61,636 bases of DNA from a virus (IMGVR_UViG_3300042519_000334:1-61636), one strand, 5' to 3'; shown: positions 45,941 through 53,923, counted from the first letter of the stretch. Notes: generated by a model from the letters alone, not told the origin. Numbers and translations: made by a program.

Positions 45941-48067
45941 TTAGCGAGTTATGTCCTTGAATCGCCTGAGGAATACTTTTGATGACATATCTGCCGACTT
46001 ACGCTCCTGTTTTACACGCTGTGCTGCGAGCAGTGCAAGACCTGAACTGATGGTCAAGTCAAACTTAGTTCGGTCGTCGATTCGGTAACCAATCCAGTCT
46101 TCGAGGGTCTTATCTAGATACATACGTCCGTATTCACCACTCTCTGCGTTAAGACCCACGTGCTCGTGTACGTACGCCTCAATAGCCTGTGCGTGGGCCT
46201 GTATCACGTCCTGTGAGTTAGATGGGATACCCTTGGTCTTGACGTTGGAACTAGAACCGGGGGCCCTTAGGTGCTCGGGTCTATCCATAATGTATCCGTC
46301 GTATCCTCTCGATTCGAAGTATCGTACTATCCCATACTTGTTGTTCTCTATGAGCAGTGGATATCCATAGAACACTGCGGCCATCAGTACATCCTCATAG
46401 AAGATTCTGGCTAGCGGAGGTCTATTGGCATACTCAGCCACGAACATATTCGACGGATAGCTCATATTGAACTTATTGTAGATGTGGCAGGCCCCCTTAG
46501 AGCCACGTCCGTCCATCGTATTGTCGAGGTCATAGGAGTCAACTCCGCCAGTACCTAGGTGGTCGTTCGCCGGGAACACCTTGCCAAACTCCGTCTTTCG
46601 TTTGTTTCGAATATCGTCTGGTGGTAGCCACGTAACCGTCCAGCGACCGTTGGCATCTGGGTTCCATAGAACCTCGGTGTCTGGCTTGCCGTCCTTCCAC
46701 ACGAAGTTGCCTTTGATTACAGGGCTTGGGTATAACTCTCTGTTGTGCTGCAACTGCTCGTATATCTTTCCCACGTTGAAGTGAGATGACTTGGTGGAGT
46801 CACGGAATGCCTCCTCCTCGCTCCACGGGAACTGACGGATAACCTCATTGAGTTCATACGGGTCGTGCATCAGTGCCTTACGTTCGTTCGATAGATACGT
46901 CTTAGCTCCGATGCTGATGATGTCTCCATCCATCGTAAGCGTTGGCTCCGCTGGGTCCTCAACCACGGGCATACCGTACACGTCGAAGAATCCTTCAAGC
47001 GCCTCATAGGCTGGAATGAACAGCTTGTAGAGTCCACTCTTGGTGCGCCCGTTCTCGTTACGCTTGGTGGGGTCCGAGTCGTAGTACAGCTTCTTGTAGT
47101 TGGCTCCGCCCTTATCTAGAGGATTAACAGTTGAGCCGACCATAGCCTTACCTACAATCTTCTTACCTACCAGCAGACAGGTCCTGTGTACACGCCAAAC
47201 TTCATTGATATCGAGCGGATTCTCCCACTTTCCGGCCTCATCGAGGTATAGATAGTGTAGTTTCTCACCGTCGTATGCGTTGGCCACTGAGTTCTTCCAA
47301 TTGATTACCGTATCAAGAGCTTCGGTCTGCCCACTGACTTTGTTGGTCTTTGTGATTCGTTTTGCTGGCTCACGGAATGCGAGCTCCACACGTGGGTTGG
47401 TCGTACCATCCTGAATCGGCTTGAAGAAGAATGGGTAGGAACGGAACATCGGGAGTAGTTTCTTCATAAAGATGTTCTCTTGTGCGTCCTTACCTGTCTT
47501 GGACATAATGCCTAGCACCTTATTGGATACCTGCGTACCCTCGTCAGCCAGTGCTGAGCCACAGATGTTGGTGTAACCTGAGCGTCGACACTTGGTGTAT
47601 ATCTGTCCCACGCACCTAGGGTCCTGCTTGCACGCCTCTAGATGCAGGAAGATTGTCCGCTGGAAGTCTAGGAAGCTGGCGTAACCGATGTCCATCTGGC
47701 TCCACTGGAGTAGCATATAATGATGCCCGGTAATATATGTTGGAACACCGTTATTGTAGAACCACACACCGTTCCTACGACGGTGAAACTCCTGCTCGAT
47801 GTAAGCATTATGTTTTATACGGAACTCCTTGGGCTGCTCCATCCACTCATCCATAGAGCGTACACGCACTAAGTCCTGAGGTACTGGCAATCTCTTCCAC
47901 ATCTGCTCCTCACGTTTCTTGTCGTGGAACAGAATATCCGTCTTGGCTGGTTGTTTGGGTAGTTGGATGAAGATATCGGATATCTCAATAACATCTCCCT
48001 GCGAATCATCCGGACAGATGTTCACTAAGAAGTCTTTATACCCGTCTATCTTCTTTAGCCCAGCCAT
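45941..48067 (-). CDS. terL: Terminase large subunit
   Basis: YITG.HY, KCRRSGYT (Walker A), LDEAGKW (Walker B), G.DSYD and ENNK nuclease motifs. Confidence 0.92.
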   Translation of the reverse strand: MAGLKKIDGYKDFLVNICPDDSQGDVIEISDIFIQLPKQPAKTDILFHDKKREEQMWKRLPVPQDLVRVRSMDEWMEQPKEFRIKHNAYIEQEFHRRRNGVWFYNNGVPTYITGHHYMLLQWSQMDIGYASFLDFQRTIFLHLEACKQDPRCVGQIYTKCRRSGYTNICGSALADEGTQVSNKVLGIMSKTGKDAQENIFMKKLLPMFRSYPFFFKPIQDGTTNPRVELAFREPAKRITKTNKVSGQTEALDTVINWKNSVANAYDGEKLHYLYLDEAGKWENPLDINEVWRVHRTCLLVGKKIVGKAMVGSTVNPLDKGGANYKKLYYDSDPTKRNENGRTKSGLYKLFIPAYEALEGFFDVYGMPVVEDPAEPTLTMDGDIISIGAKTYLSNERKALMHDPYELNEVIRQFPWSEEEAFRDSTKSSHFNVGKIYEQLQHNRELYPSPVIKGNFVWKDGKPDTEVLWNPDANGRWTVTWLPPDDIRNKRKTEFGKVFPANDHLGTGGVDSYDLDNTMDGRGSKGACHIYNKFNMSYPSNMFVAEYANRPPLARIFYEDVLMAAVFYGYPLLIENNKYGIVRYFESRGYDGYIMDRPEHLRAPGSSSNVKTKGIPSNSQDVIQAHAQAIEAYVHEHVGLNAESGEYGRMYLDKTLEDWIGYRIDDRTKFDLTISSGLALLAAQRVKQERKSADMSSKVFLRRFKDITR

Positions 48068-48363
48068 TACTTCCTGAATTTCTCAGCGAAGCCACCTGCG
48101 AAGTCAACCTGCTCACCCATACTTCCGTTCTCGGATAGCATCTTAATCATCTCCTCCAACCGTTGCCTTTCTTGCAGAAGCTCACGAGCATCAACTGCCG
48201 TCTGTTTGATTGACTGGAGCTCAGCCTTGCGTGCCGACCCGTTGATTTCAGGGTCGACTGGCTTCTTAATCTCCTCAATCATATTGTTGATGGCGACCTC
48301 CATCGACTCCATAAGTCTGATGGCCGCATCAATGGTGGTGAATTCAGACTTCTTCCTTGACAT
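48067..48363 (-). CDS. Putative terminase small subunit
   Basis: Small helical protein coupled to terL, ending GGFAEKF. Confidence 0.5.
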   Translation of the reverse strand: MSRKKSEFTTIDAAIRLMESMEVAINNMIEEIKKPVDPEINGSARKAELQSIKQTAVDARELLQERQRLEEMIKMLSENGSMGEQVDFAGGFAEKFRK

Positions 48364-48919
48364 ACAGCAGGTCGTTAGGTGTCATTCTCCAGAGTTTTTC
48401 ACCGTTCACATCCATCGTATAGTCAGATTCTTTGCTGAAGCCTACTCTGTCGCCAGCCTTAACTCCCATCTCAAGCAGTTCGGGGGTATCGAAGCGAATG
48501 ACTCCCTCCATCTTGACTTCCTTCTTTGTAGAGATAATCAGTCCAGAGTCAGATGTTGGTTCTTCGGCCTCCTCCGGTATGAGAAACACCCATCCAGTGA
48601 GAACCTTCACTTCTCCGTCATCACCCTTGTAGGCGTAAGCCTGTGAGCCATAACCTCCGTCTGGGTCGAACTTCACTCTGTACAGCTCCTTGTCGATTTC
48701 TGCACGTTTGTCGAGCACCACGTGGTGGTGGAAGTACAGCGTATCGCCCTCCTTGGCTCCGGTTGGGAACTTTATCGGGGTTGCGACAATCTCAGCCTCA
48801 GAGATTCGGTTGGCAAACTCGTCGAATCTAGAGTCCAAGAAAATCTCAGTATCACCGAACTTAATGGTGTCCTTGAACTTCTTGGGCATACGTACGATAA
48901 ACTCGTGTAGAACCTTCAT
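48344..48919 (-). CDS. GroES-like co-chaperonin (tandem domains)
   Basis: EGDTLYFHH, SGLII and GVKAGDRVGF...VNGEKLWRM. Confidence 0.7.
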   Translation of the reverse strand: MKVLHEFIVRMPKKFKDTIKFGDTEIFLDSRFDEFANRISEAEIVATPIKFPTGAKEGDTLYFHHHVVLDKRAEIDKELYRVKFDPDGGYGSQAYAYKGDDGEVKVLTGWVFLIPEEAEEPTSDSGLIISTKKEVKMEGVIRFDTPELLEMGVKAGDRVGFSKESDYTMDVNGEKLWRMTPNDLLYVKEEV

Positions 48920-49149
48920 TAGAACTTACAGTCGTTTTCGATTACCACTGGCATACCGATGATTTCCTTCCAAGGCATCGTGCCGTCACCGTTCTGGATG
49001 TAGATGGTGTAATCCTTGCGCCCGTACTTTGCGAATGTGCGCTCGTCAAGCTCGATGGCTACGATGGTTCCGTCGCTTCCGGCGTTATTGCCTACGACGT
49101 ATGCTAGGGCGTCCTTAGGATTCGTCCCTACAATAATCTTTCTAATCAT
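48919..49149 (-). CDS. Conserved hypothetical protein
   Basis: IRKI.VG...K.A..Y.VG and WK....MPV.IE motifs. Confidence 0.7.
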   Translation of the reverse strand: MIRKIIVGTNPKDALAYVVGNNAGSDGTIVAIELDERTFAKYGRKDYTIYIQNGDGTMPWKEIIGMPVVIENDCKF

Positions 49150-49154
49150 ATTGT

Positions 49155-49475
49155 TTAGTTTGAGTCTGAACTTCCCCCTCCCATACGGCGCAGCCAGTAA
49201 TCTACGCTGCTGGTATCGTTGCGCTGCTGGTGCTGGTATCCTTCGATGATGAAGCCCACGATTTCGTCAAGCTCTTCCTCGTCGTTCACGTTAACTGAGA
49301 ACGCAAGGTCCATCTCCGGCTCGTCGTCCTCATCAGATGGAGATACTACCCCAATGGCTGCAACAACAAATCCATAGTCTTCGAGGCCGTGCTTAATGAT
49401 AAGGCCGTTCATCTGCGCTACAAGGCCAGTAAACTCCTCGTAAAGCTCGTCTCTAATTTCTTTTGGGATGCTCAT
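49155..49475 (-). CDS. Acidic hypothetical protein
   Basis: ORF in the operon. Confidence 0.65.
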   Translation of the reverse strand: MSIPKEIRDELYEEFTGLVAQMNGLIIKHGLEDYGFVVAAIGVVSPSDEDDEPEMDLAFSVNVNDEEELDEIVGFIIEGYQHQQRNDTSSVDYWLRRMGGGSSDSN

Positions 49476-49526
49476 TGTAATGAAAAATGTATGAAATTTG
49501 CTACGAATTTACAAAACAAATACAAT

Positions 49527-49967
49527 ATGAGACGTGGAGCCAACTCCAGACGTATGCGGGAGTATGCGATTCTACCGGCCAGAGATATAGCACGTAACTA
49601 TCTCAAGTACCTCCGTCACGTACAGTCTGATGTATGTCAGAAGTTTGAACTCACTCCAAGTCAGTTTCAGTTCCTGCTATTCATCTATGACCTAGAGTTC
49701 TTCACTCTGATGTATGCCAGAACACACTTTGCGGCCATATCAGACAACAAGATGCGACTTCTCTACACTAAGCCACTGCTGGATGCTGGTATTATAGATG
49801 TGTACGTCAATAAGCACAGCCTTAAGAGTGACGTACGTCAGATGTTCGGGATATCGAGCAGTGAGGGATACGCCGCTAGGTATGCGCTCACCCAGAAGGG
49901 GAGACTGCTCGTTCAGAAGATTTACAGGAAGCTGGAGGGCCGTGAGGCTATCAATGCTGACGAATGA
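49527..49967 (+). CDS. MarR-like winged-helix regulator, counter-oriented
   Basis: LTPSQFQFLLFIYD...YALTQKGRLLV winged-HTH pattern. Confidence 0.7.
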   Translation: MRRGANSRRMREYAILPARDIARNYLKYLRHVQSDVCQKFELTPSQFQFLLFIYDLEFFTLMYARTHFAAISDNKMRLLYTKPLLDAGIIDVYVNKHSLKSDVRQMFGISSSEGYAARYALTQKGRLLVQKIYRKLEGREAINADE

Positions 49968-50127
49968 CCTTGAATGGCATCTCCATCGCAGCGTCGGTGT
50001 GCGGGACGAACTCGCCCGTGTGCTCCATCAGGAAGTAGCGTCCACCCTTACTCATCCAGTGGTAGCCCTTCGGTGCTTTAACCATAACCTCATTGGGTCT
50101 CTTCAGGTCTGTACGCTTAGCTTTCAT
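49951..50127 (-). CDS. Small protein, 58 aa (KAPKGYHWM); not in ORF track
   Basis: Start overlaps the stop of the 50127-50510 gene. Confidence 0.65.
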   Translation of the reverse strand: MKAKRTDLKRPNEVMVKAPKGYHWMSKGGRYFLMEHTGEFVPHTDAAMEMPFKVIRQH

Positions 50128-50510
50128 CAATTACGGAATTTAGCCGCCCACTCGGCGATTTTCTTGGGTTGTGGTACGAACTGTTTACCGGACTTGTTAC
50201 CCTTAGCTTTTGCACGGTTGGTTGCGGCCTTATCTGCGGCACTCATCGCACTCCACGCAGCCTTGGGCAGGTATCTCTTCTTACCTTCACTTGGCTTGCC
50301 GTCGGAGGTCGTCCAGTCTTGCTTGGTCCACTTAGATAGGCTCGTCTCCTTCTTGGGTCCTGAGTATCCTCCGCCTGACTTCTTGTATCTAAGTACGGCC
50401 AGCTGTGCCTTACGGGCTGACCACTCGCCGGGGTCTCCTCCCTTAGAGCCTGCCTTCACGCTAGCAACGATGCGCTTCCACTTTGCTGGGTCCTTCTTCT
50501 TAGCTTCCAC
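50127..50510 (-). CDS. Conserved small basic phage protein
   Basis: WSARKAQL...YKKSGGGY, LSKWTKQDW and RYLP motifs. Confidence 0.75.
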   Translation of the reverse strand: MEAKKKDPAKWKRIVASVKAGSKGGDPGEWSARKAQLAVLRYKKSGGGYSGPKKETSLSKWTKQDWTTSDGKPSEGKKRYLPKAAWSAMSAADKAATNRAKAKGNKSGKQFVPQPKKIAEWAAKFRN

Positions 50511-50622
50511 TTCCTAAACGGTTGATAATCTCAAAATTACGAACACCAACAGTTGCTCTGTCGGCACTCACACGCTTGACACCCTTGGTGTTGTTGCCTC
50601 TCTTCTTCAGTGACTTAGCCAT
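50500..50622 (-). CDS. Small basic protein, 40 aa
   Basis: MAKSLKKRG...; overlaps its neighbours. Confidence 0.45.
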   Translation of the reverse strand: MAKSLKKRGNNTKGVKRVSADRATVGVRNFEIINRLGSGS

Positions 50623-50794
50623 TCCAGTTGATGTAATGTAGGATAATCTTGATGTCTTTGCTCTGGAGGTACTTCCCCTGTGGGATTTCCACCCCGTTGA
50701 AGTAATCATTCGAGTAATCACGAGTGAATGCATTCCACGTATCCTCGTATGGGTTATAGTGGAACAGCCAATCGTTGAATGCTTCGTTCTTCAT
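50615..50794 (-). CDS. Small protein, 59 aa (DWLFHYNPY...W.AF.RD); not in ORF track
   Basis: ATGA coupling with the upstream gene. Confidence 0.65.
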   Translation of the reverse strand: MKNEAFNDWLFHYNPYEDTWNAFTRDYSNDYFNGVEIPQGKYLQSKDIKIILHYINWNG

Positions 50795-51024
50795 TTCTTG
50801 CTTCTGTTGCGTCTGGCCATAATCATACGTGCCTCGTCGTGGTCGTAATCCTTCCCGTCTCCGTTCCCGTATGTCCCGGCGTCTCTATTCTTCTTATTCA
50901 GGAACGCACGGTACTTCTTCCGCTCTTCAGTTGAGTGGTACTTAGTATCGTACGCCTTCTTCTTATCTCTAGCCTCTGGGCTATTGGCGTAGAACTCTGC
51001 GCTCTTACTCTTCCTTGCTTTCAC
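50791..51024 (-). CDS. Small basic protein with degenerate HNH-like motif
   Basis: GNGDGKDYDH...NR; GTG start assumed. Confidence 0.6.
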   Translation of the reverse strand: MKARKSKSAEFYANSPEARDKKKAYDTKYHSTEERKKYRAFLNKKNRDAGTYGNGDGKDYDHDEARMIMARRNRSKK

Positions 51025-51226
51025 CTTTACCGTTGTGTTTGATGTAATCTTCAACAGCTTCAATGCTGTGCTCCATTACGGAAATCTTAGATGCCATCCA
51101 CGGGTCTAGATTAGACTTAGCGTCGATGTTCTCTAGGATGTCCTCAATACAGTCCTTGATGCTCATAAGCTGGGTGATAATCATCTCACCGTTCGGCTCC
51201 TTAGATGTATACTTCCTAGGTTTCAC
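51005..51226 (-). CDS. Hypothetical protein
   Basis: L..WMASKI...H.I.AV.DY helical protein. Confidence 0.65.
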   Translation of the reverse strand: MKPRKYTSKEPNGEMIITQLMSIKDCIEDILENIDAKSNLDPWMASKISVMEHSIEAVEDYIKHNGKGESKEE

Positions 51227-51342
51227 TTCTTCTTCTTTTTAGAAATTTTACTCCAATCAAACTTAACCAACTTCGCTCTGTTGTCAGGGCGAACCTCAGC
51301 CTTCTGGCCTACGGGGTCAACTGGTCGTTTAACTGCTATCAT
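51223..51342 (-). CDS. Small basic protein, 39 aa; not in ORF track
   Basis: Fills the gap between the amidase and the 51226 gene with stop/start coupling. Confidence 0.5.
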   Translation of the reverse strand: MIAVKRPVDPVGQKAEVRPDNRAKLVKFDWSKISKKKKK

Positions 51343-51343
51343 C

Positions 51344-52012
51344 TTACAGTCCCTTAAGCATTTGAATCATCTCGGGCTGTGGGAAGATATCAATCTTATC
51401 CTTACGTACTGAGTTGTGCGTATATACTCCTGCGACACCATTCAGTGCATTCATAGATACATCCCACATATCCTCCTCACGATAGTCCAGCGGGATATCA
51501 TAAATCTCATTCCAGTACTTCAAGAGATTCTCAACACTGCGAATCTGCTCATCGGTGTATCTGTGGAAGTGGATATGCTTCTTGTACGGGGAATCAAGGG
51601 TACATACATCCTCCTTGGCCACCTCACGATTGACGTAGTTGTAGTACTTACCGCCACGCTCCTCTAGCTGTCCCCAAGCACAAATCTCAATACCGATAGA
51701 AATCTTATCGAGCACCTTGTGTGGGACACCGTACCCCTTGAAGATTTCAGCCTTAGCACCTAAGTGGTAGGCCCAGTACTTAGATGGGAATCCCTGCACG
51801 ATGCGTCCATCTCCTTCCTTAGCTCCCTTTCCGCTGATACAAACACACGTTGCGATACGACCTCTTGAGTCGGTATCCCACTGCTTGAATGTAGATACCC
51901 CACTTGAGTTACCTGCGGTGTGGTGTAGGTAAATCTGCTTCTTCGGAGCAGCCTCCTTGATGTACTCGGTAGGTGAAAACTCTACCTGCAAGATGTCCTT
52001 GAGAAATTCCAT
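51344..52012 (-). CDS. N-acetylmuramoyl-L-alanine amidase (endolysin)
   Basis: IYLHHTAG, WAYH.G, SIGIEI and THNSVR.DK.D Amidase_2 motifs. Confidence 0.9.
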   Translation of the reverse strand: MEFLKDILQVEFSPTEYIKEAAPKKQIYLHHTAGNSSGVSTFKQWDTDSRGRIATCVCISGKGAKEGDGRIVQGFPSKYWAYHLGAKAEIFKGYGVPHKVLDKISIGIEICAWGQLEERGGKYYNYVNREVAKEDVCTLDSPYKKHIHFHRYTDEQIRSVENLLKYWNEIYDIPLDYREEDMWDVSMNALNGVAGVYTHNSVRKDKIDIFPQPEMIQMLKGL

Positions 52013-52016
52013 AGAA

Positions 52017-52024
52017 CAAAGATA
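52017..52024 (-). promoter_or_regulatory. Late promoter -7 element, one of at least 12 minus-strand TAnnTTTG sites
   Basis: CAAAnnTA on the plus strand just upstream of minus-strand genes at 11957, 20087, 22278, 28095, 31636, 32411, 33669, 34442, 41518, 43441, 45914 and 52017. Confidence 0.8.
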
Positions 52025-52096
52025 ATGATTGTATACGATAGGTGATTATGTCGGTACTATGTATTACACACTATTGATTATGTCATTTTTTTTGTG

Positions 52097-52270
52097 TAAC
52101 TTTGCCCCTGTAGTGCAAGGGCACGCAGACGAACAATAGTATACGCAACGTAACATAGACGTAACTACGGACCGATGCATAGGCGGACAGCCCAAAAGCG
52201 ACAGTCCGCCTCTGCAAAAATAGGGCGACAGCCACTACGCAAAGCACTTGAATACAGGAGGCGTGTGTCC
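52097..52270 (+). ncRNA. Candidate promoter-driven small structured RNA
   Basis: TAACTTTG at 52097-52104 with no credible ORF downstream; stems TGCA-AGGCGGAC/GTCCGCCT-TGCA and GTAGTG/CACTAC. Confidence 0.45.
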
Positions 52271-52874
52271 AAGCAGTTCCTATCCACAAGAATACTCATT
52301 TAACTGCTCGTATACAGTATTCTACTGTTGTTTTCACGTTTTAGAAACACATATAGTAGTAGGTGGGTGATGGATACTTTTTTAATTCGTACGAGTTCTA
52401 GGTACCGTGGGGAGAATTATACAAGAGCGACGCTGACGAACCAACTCCGAAACCGAATCGCAAACCCAACCCCCTCGTAATCAGCGCGTTACGTTCAAAC
52501 TTTTTAGCGTTTTGTCTATAGGTAGGCGCTCAAGTAGAGTATCTATTCTATGTCGGCTAGGCGTTCGTTTACTGAACGTATTCAGGTCGTTTGCTGTAGA
52601 AAAAGGTAAACTTTTCGTGTACTGAACGTATGCTTTTTTTCGTGGGTGTGGTCGGTCGTAGACCTGCATCAATCCCCTCTCTACTTTTCCCCACTTTTCA
52701 CCACTCGTTCCCTTCATCTTTCTTAGTACGTTTCGCTGTATGTTTCGTGTATGTTTATTTAGTATACTATAGTAGACAGGGCCTCAGTTAACGATTACGG
52801 CAGGAATTATACTAATAGTTTAAACAGCGGAAAAAGTATGCTTTTGCCCGTATTTGGTACATATTGGGTCGGGT

Positions 52875-53126
52875 TAGGCCGTTGGTGTTCAGTCAGTTAG
52901 GTGCTGAATTACGTACATACGATTTCTTAAATGACGCTGATTATCAGGTAGTTACGTTAACTCGTTGTGTTTCAGTATGTTGTAACTTGCTGAGTTTTAG
53001 CCTGTTAGTAACTAATTGATTCTCAGCGGTTTACTAACTCGTTGATTATCAGGTAGTATTATTTAGAACGATTCTAAATTTCATCTCGAAGCAACTTTTT
53101 TTTTGGTGCTGATTATCAAGCAGTTA
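52875..53126. repeat. Array of seven degenerate 25-bp palindromes TAAC-N4-TGA-N3-TCA-N4-GTTA
   Basis: Copies start at 52875, 52930, 52958, 52983, 53009, 53035 and 53102. Confidence 0.8.
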
Positions 53127-53174
53127 GCCCTATATATTCCTATAAGGGGCGTGGGCTCCTCGAAATTTCTCTTG

Positions 53175-53212
53175 GCTAAAGTTTGCATATTTGTAAAGCC
53201 GCAGTATATTTG
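53175..53212 (+). promoter_or_regulatory. Major early promoter
   Basis: TTTG at 53182-85 and TATATTTG at 53205-12; first consensus promoter in front of the early gene block. Confidence 0.8.
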
Positions 53213-53216
53213 TGGA

Positions 53217-53835
53217 GTCGAAAGGCCAACGGGCCACCACCACTCGACGAAGTTTTTTGAAATATCAACCGAAACGCGAACTCAGAGTCGGAGACAAGAG
53301 CAGAGCGCGGTAGGCAGGAAAGTCCCAAGTGACGATAGACGAACGGATGTTGGCGAAAACGCCTCTCCAATTTCTGAAACCCACCTTGTGAACCTTGTAC
53401 GATTGAGTCAGTGAGCCACGGCCACTTTCTCTCGGGCGTTAAGGAGCGGAGTAGCAGGTCAGGTCAGAATAGTAGAGTGATGTAAGCAGAAAGCGTAGCG
53501 CAAGTAAGCCAACACAGGTCGATTGAAAGTAGCGAGGGCAGGTAGACAAGACAAGCAAAGCCAAGTACGGCGGCCGTAAGAAACACGAGTCCAAACCTAA
53601 TGAAGCAAAGCGCCGTGGCGCGGAGCGACAAGCAGTGCGGAGGAGTCCAATGAACGCCACCTGAACACCTGAGTGAATCGAGTCAAACAAAGCCGAGAAC
53701 AACATCAAGCGAAAGACAGGATATGCGGTGCGTAAACAGCGCCGCCAAAGGATAGCAGATGTGGTCGAACTAACAGCATATGCGGTCAACAGGCTCACGC
53801 CACAGGCCGCCAAAAAAGTTCACCTGTTCAAGGCA
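53217..53835 (+). ncRNA. Candidate large structured non-coding RNA
   Basis: Follows the promoter; no credible plus-strand ORF; purine-rich and T-poor; several 6-8 bp long-range complementarities. Confidence 0.55.
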
Positions 53836-53839
53836 CACT

Positions 53840-53891
53840 ACTGCCGCTTGGAGTGCACATCGTGCATAGGGTTCGAGTCCCTACGGCAGTC
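53840..53891 (+). ncRNA. Minimal tRNA-like element (acceptor stem plus T arm, no D stem or anticodon loop)
   Basis: ACTGCCG/CGGCAGT 7 bp, TAGGG-TTCGAGT-CCCTA T arm contiguous with the acceptor 3' strand, TGCAC/GTGCA mini-hairpin, TGG linker. Confidence 0.7.
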
Positions 53892-53923
53892 AAACTTTAA
53901 CCACTAATCTAAAATCAATCACT

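Noticed and set aside
49798-50517. 239-aa plus-strand ORF and the many other antisense ORFs in the track
   Set aside because: They are shadows of better-supported genes on the opposite strand or in another frame
52875-53126. Palindrome array as a CRISPR array
   Set aside because: Units are degenerate and adjacent, with no spacers and no cas genes
53316-53330. AGGAAAGTCC resembling the RNase P RNA conserved region I
   Set aside because: I found no complementary 3' strand for P4 or the other conserved RNase P motifs
53439-53813. 124-aa minus-strand ORF, and the 103-aa plus-strand ORF at 53103
   Set aside because: Weak start codons, atypical composition, antisense to or spanning the early promoter; the T-poor composition explains the reading frames
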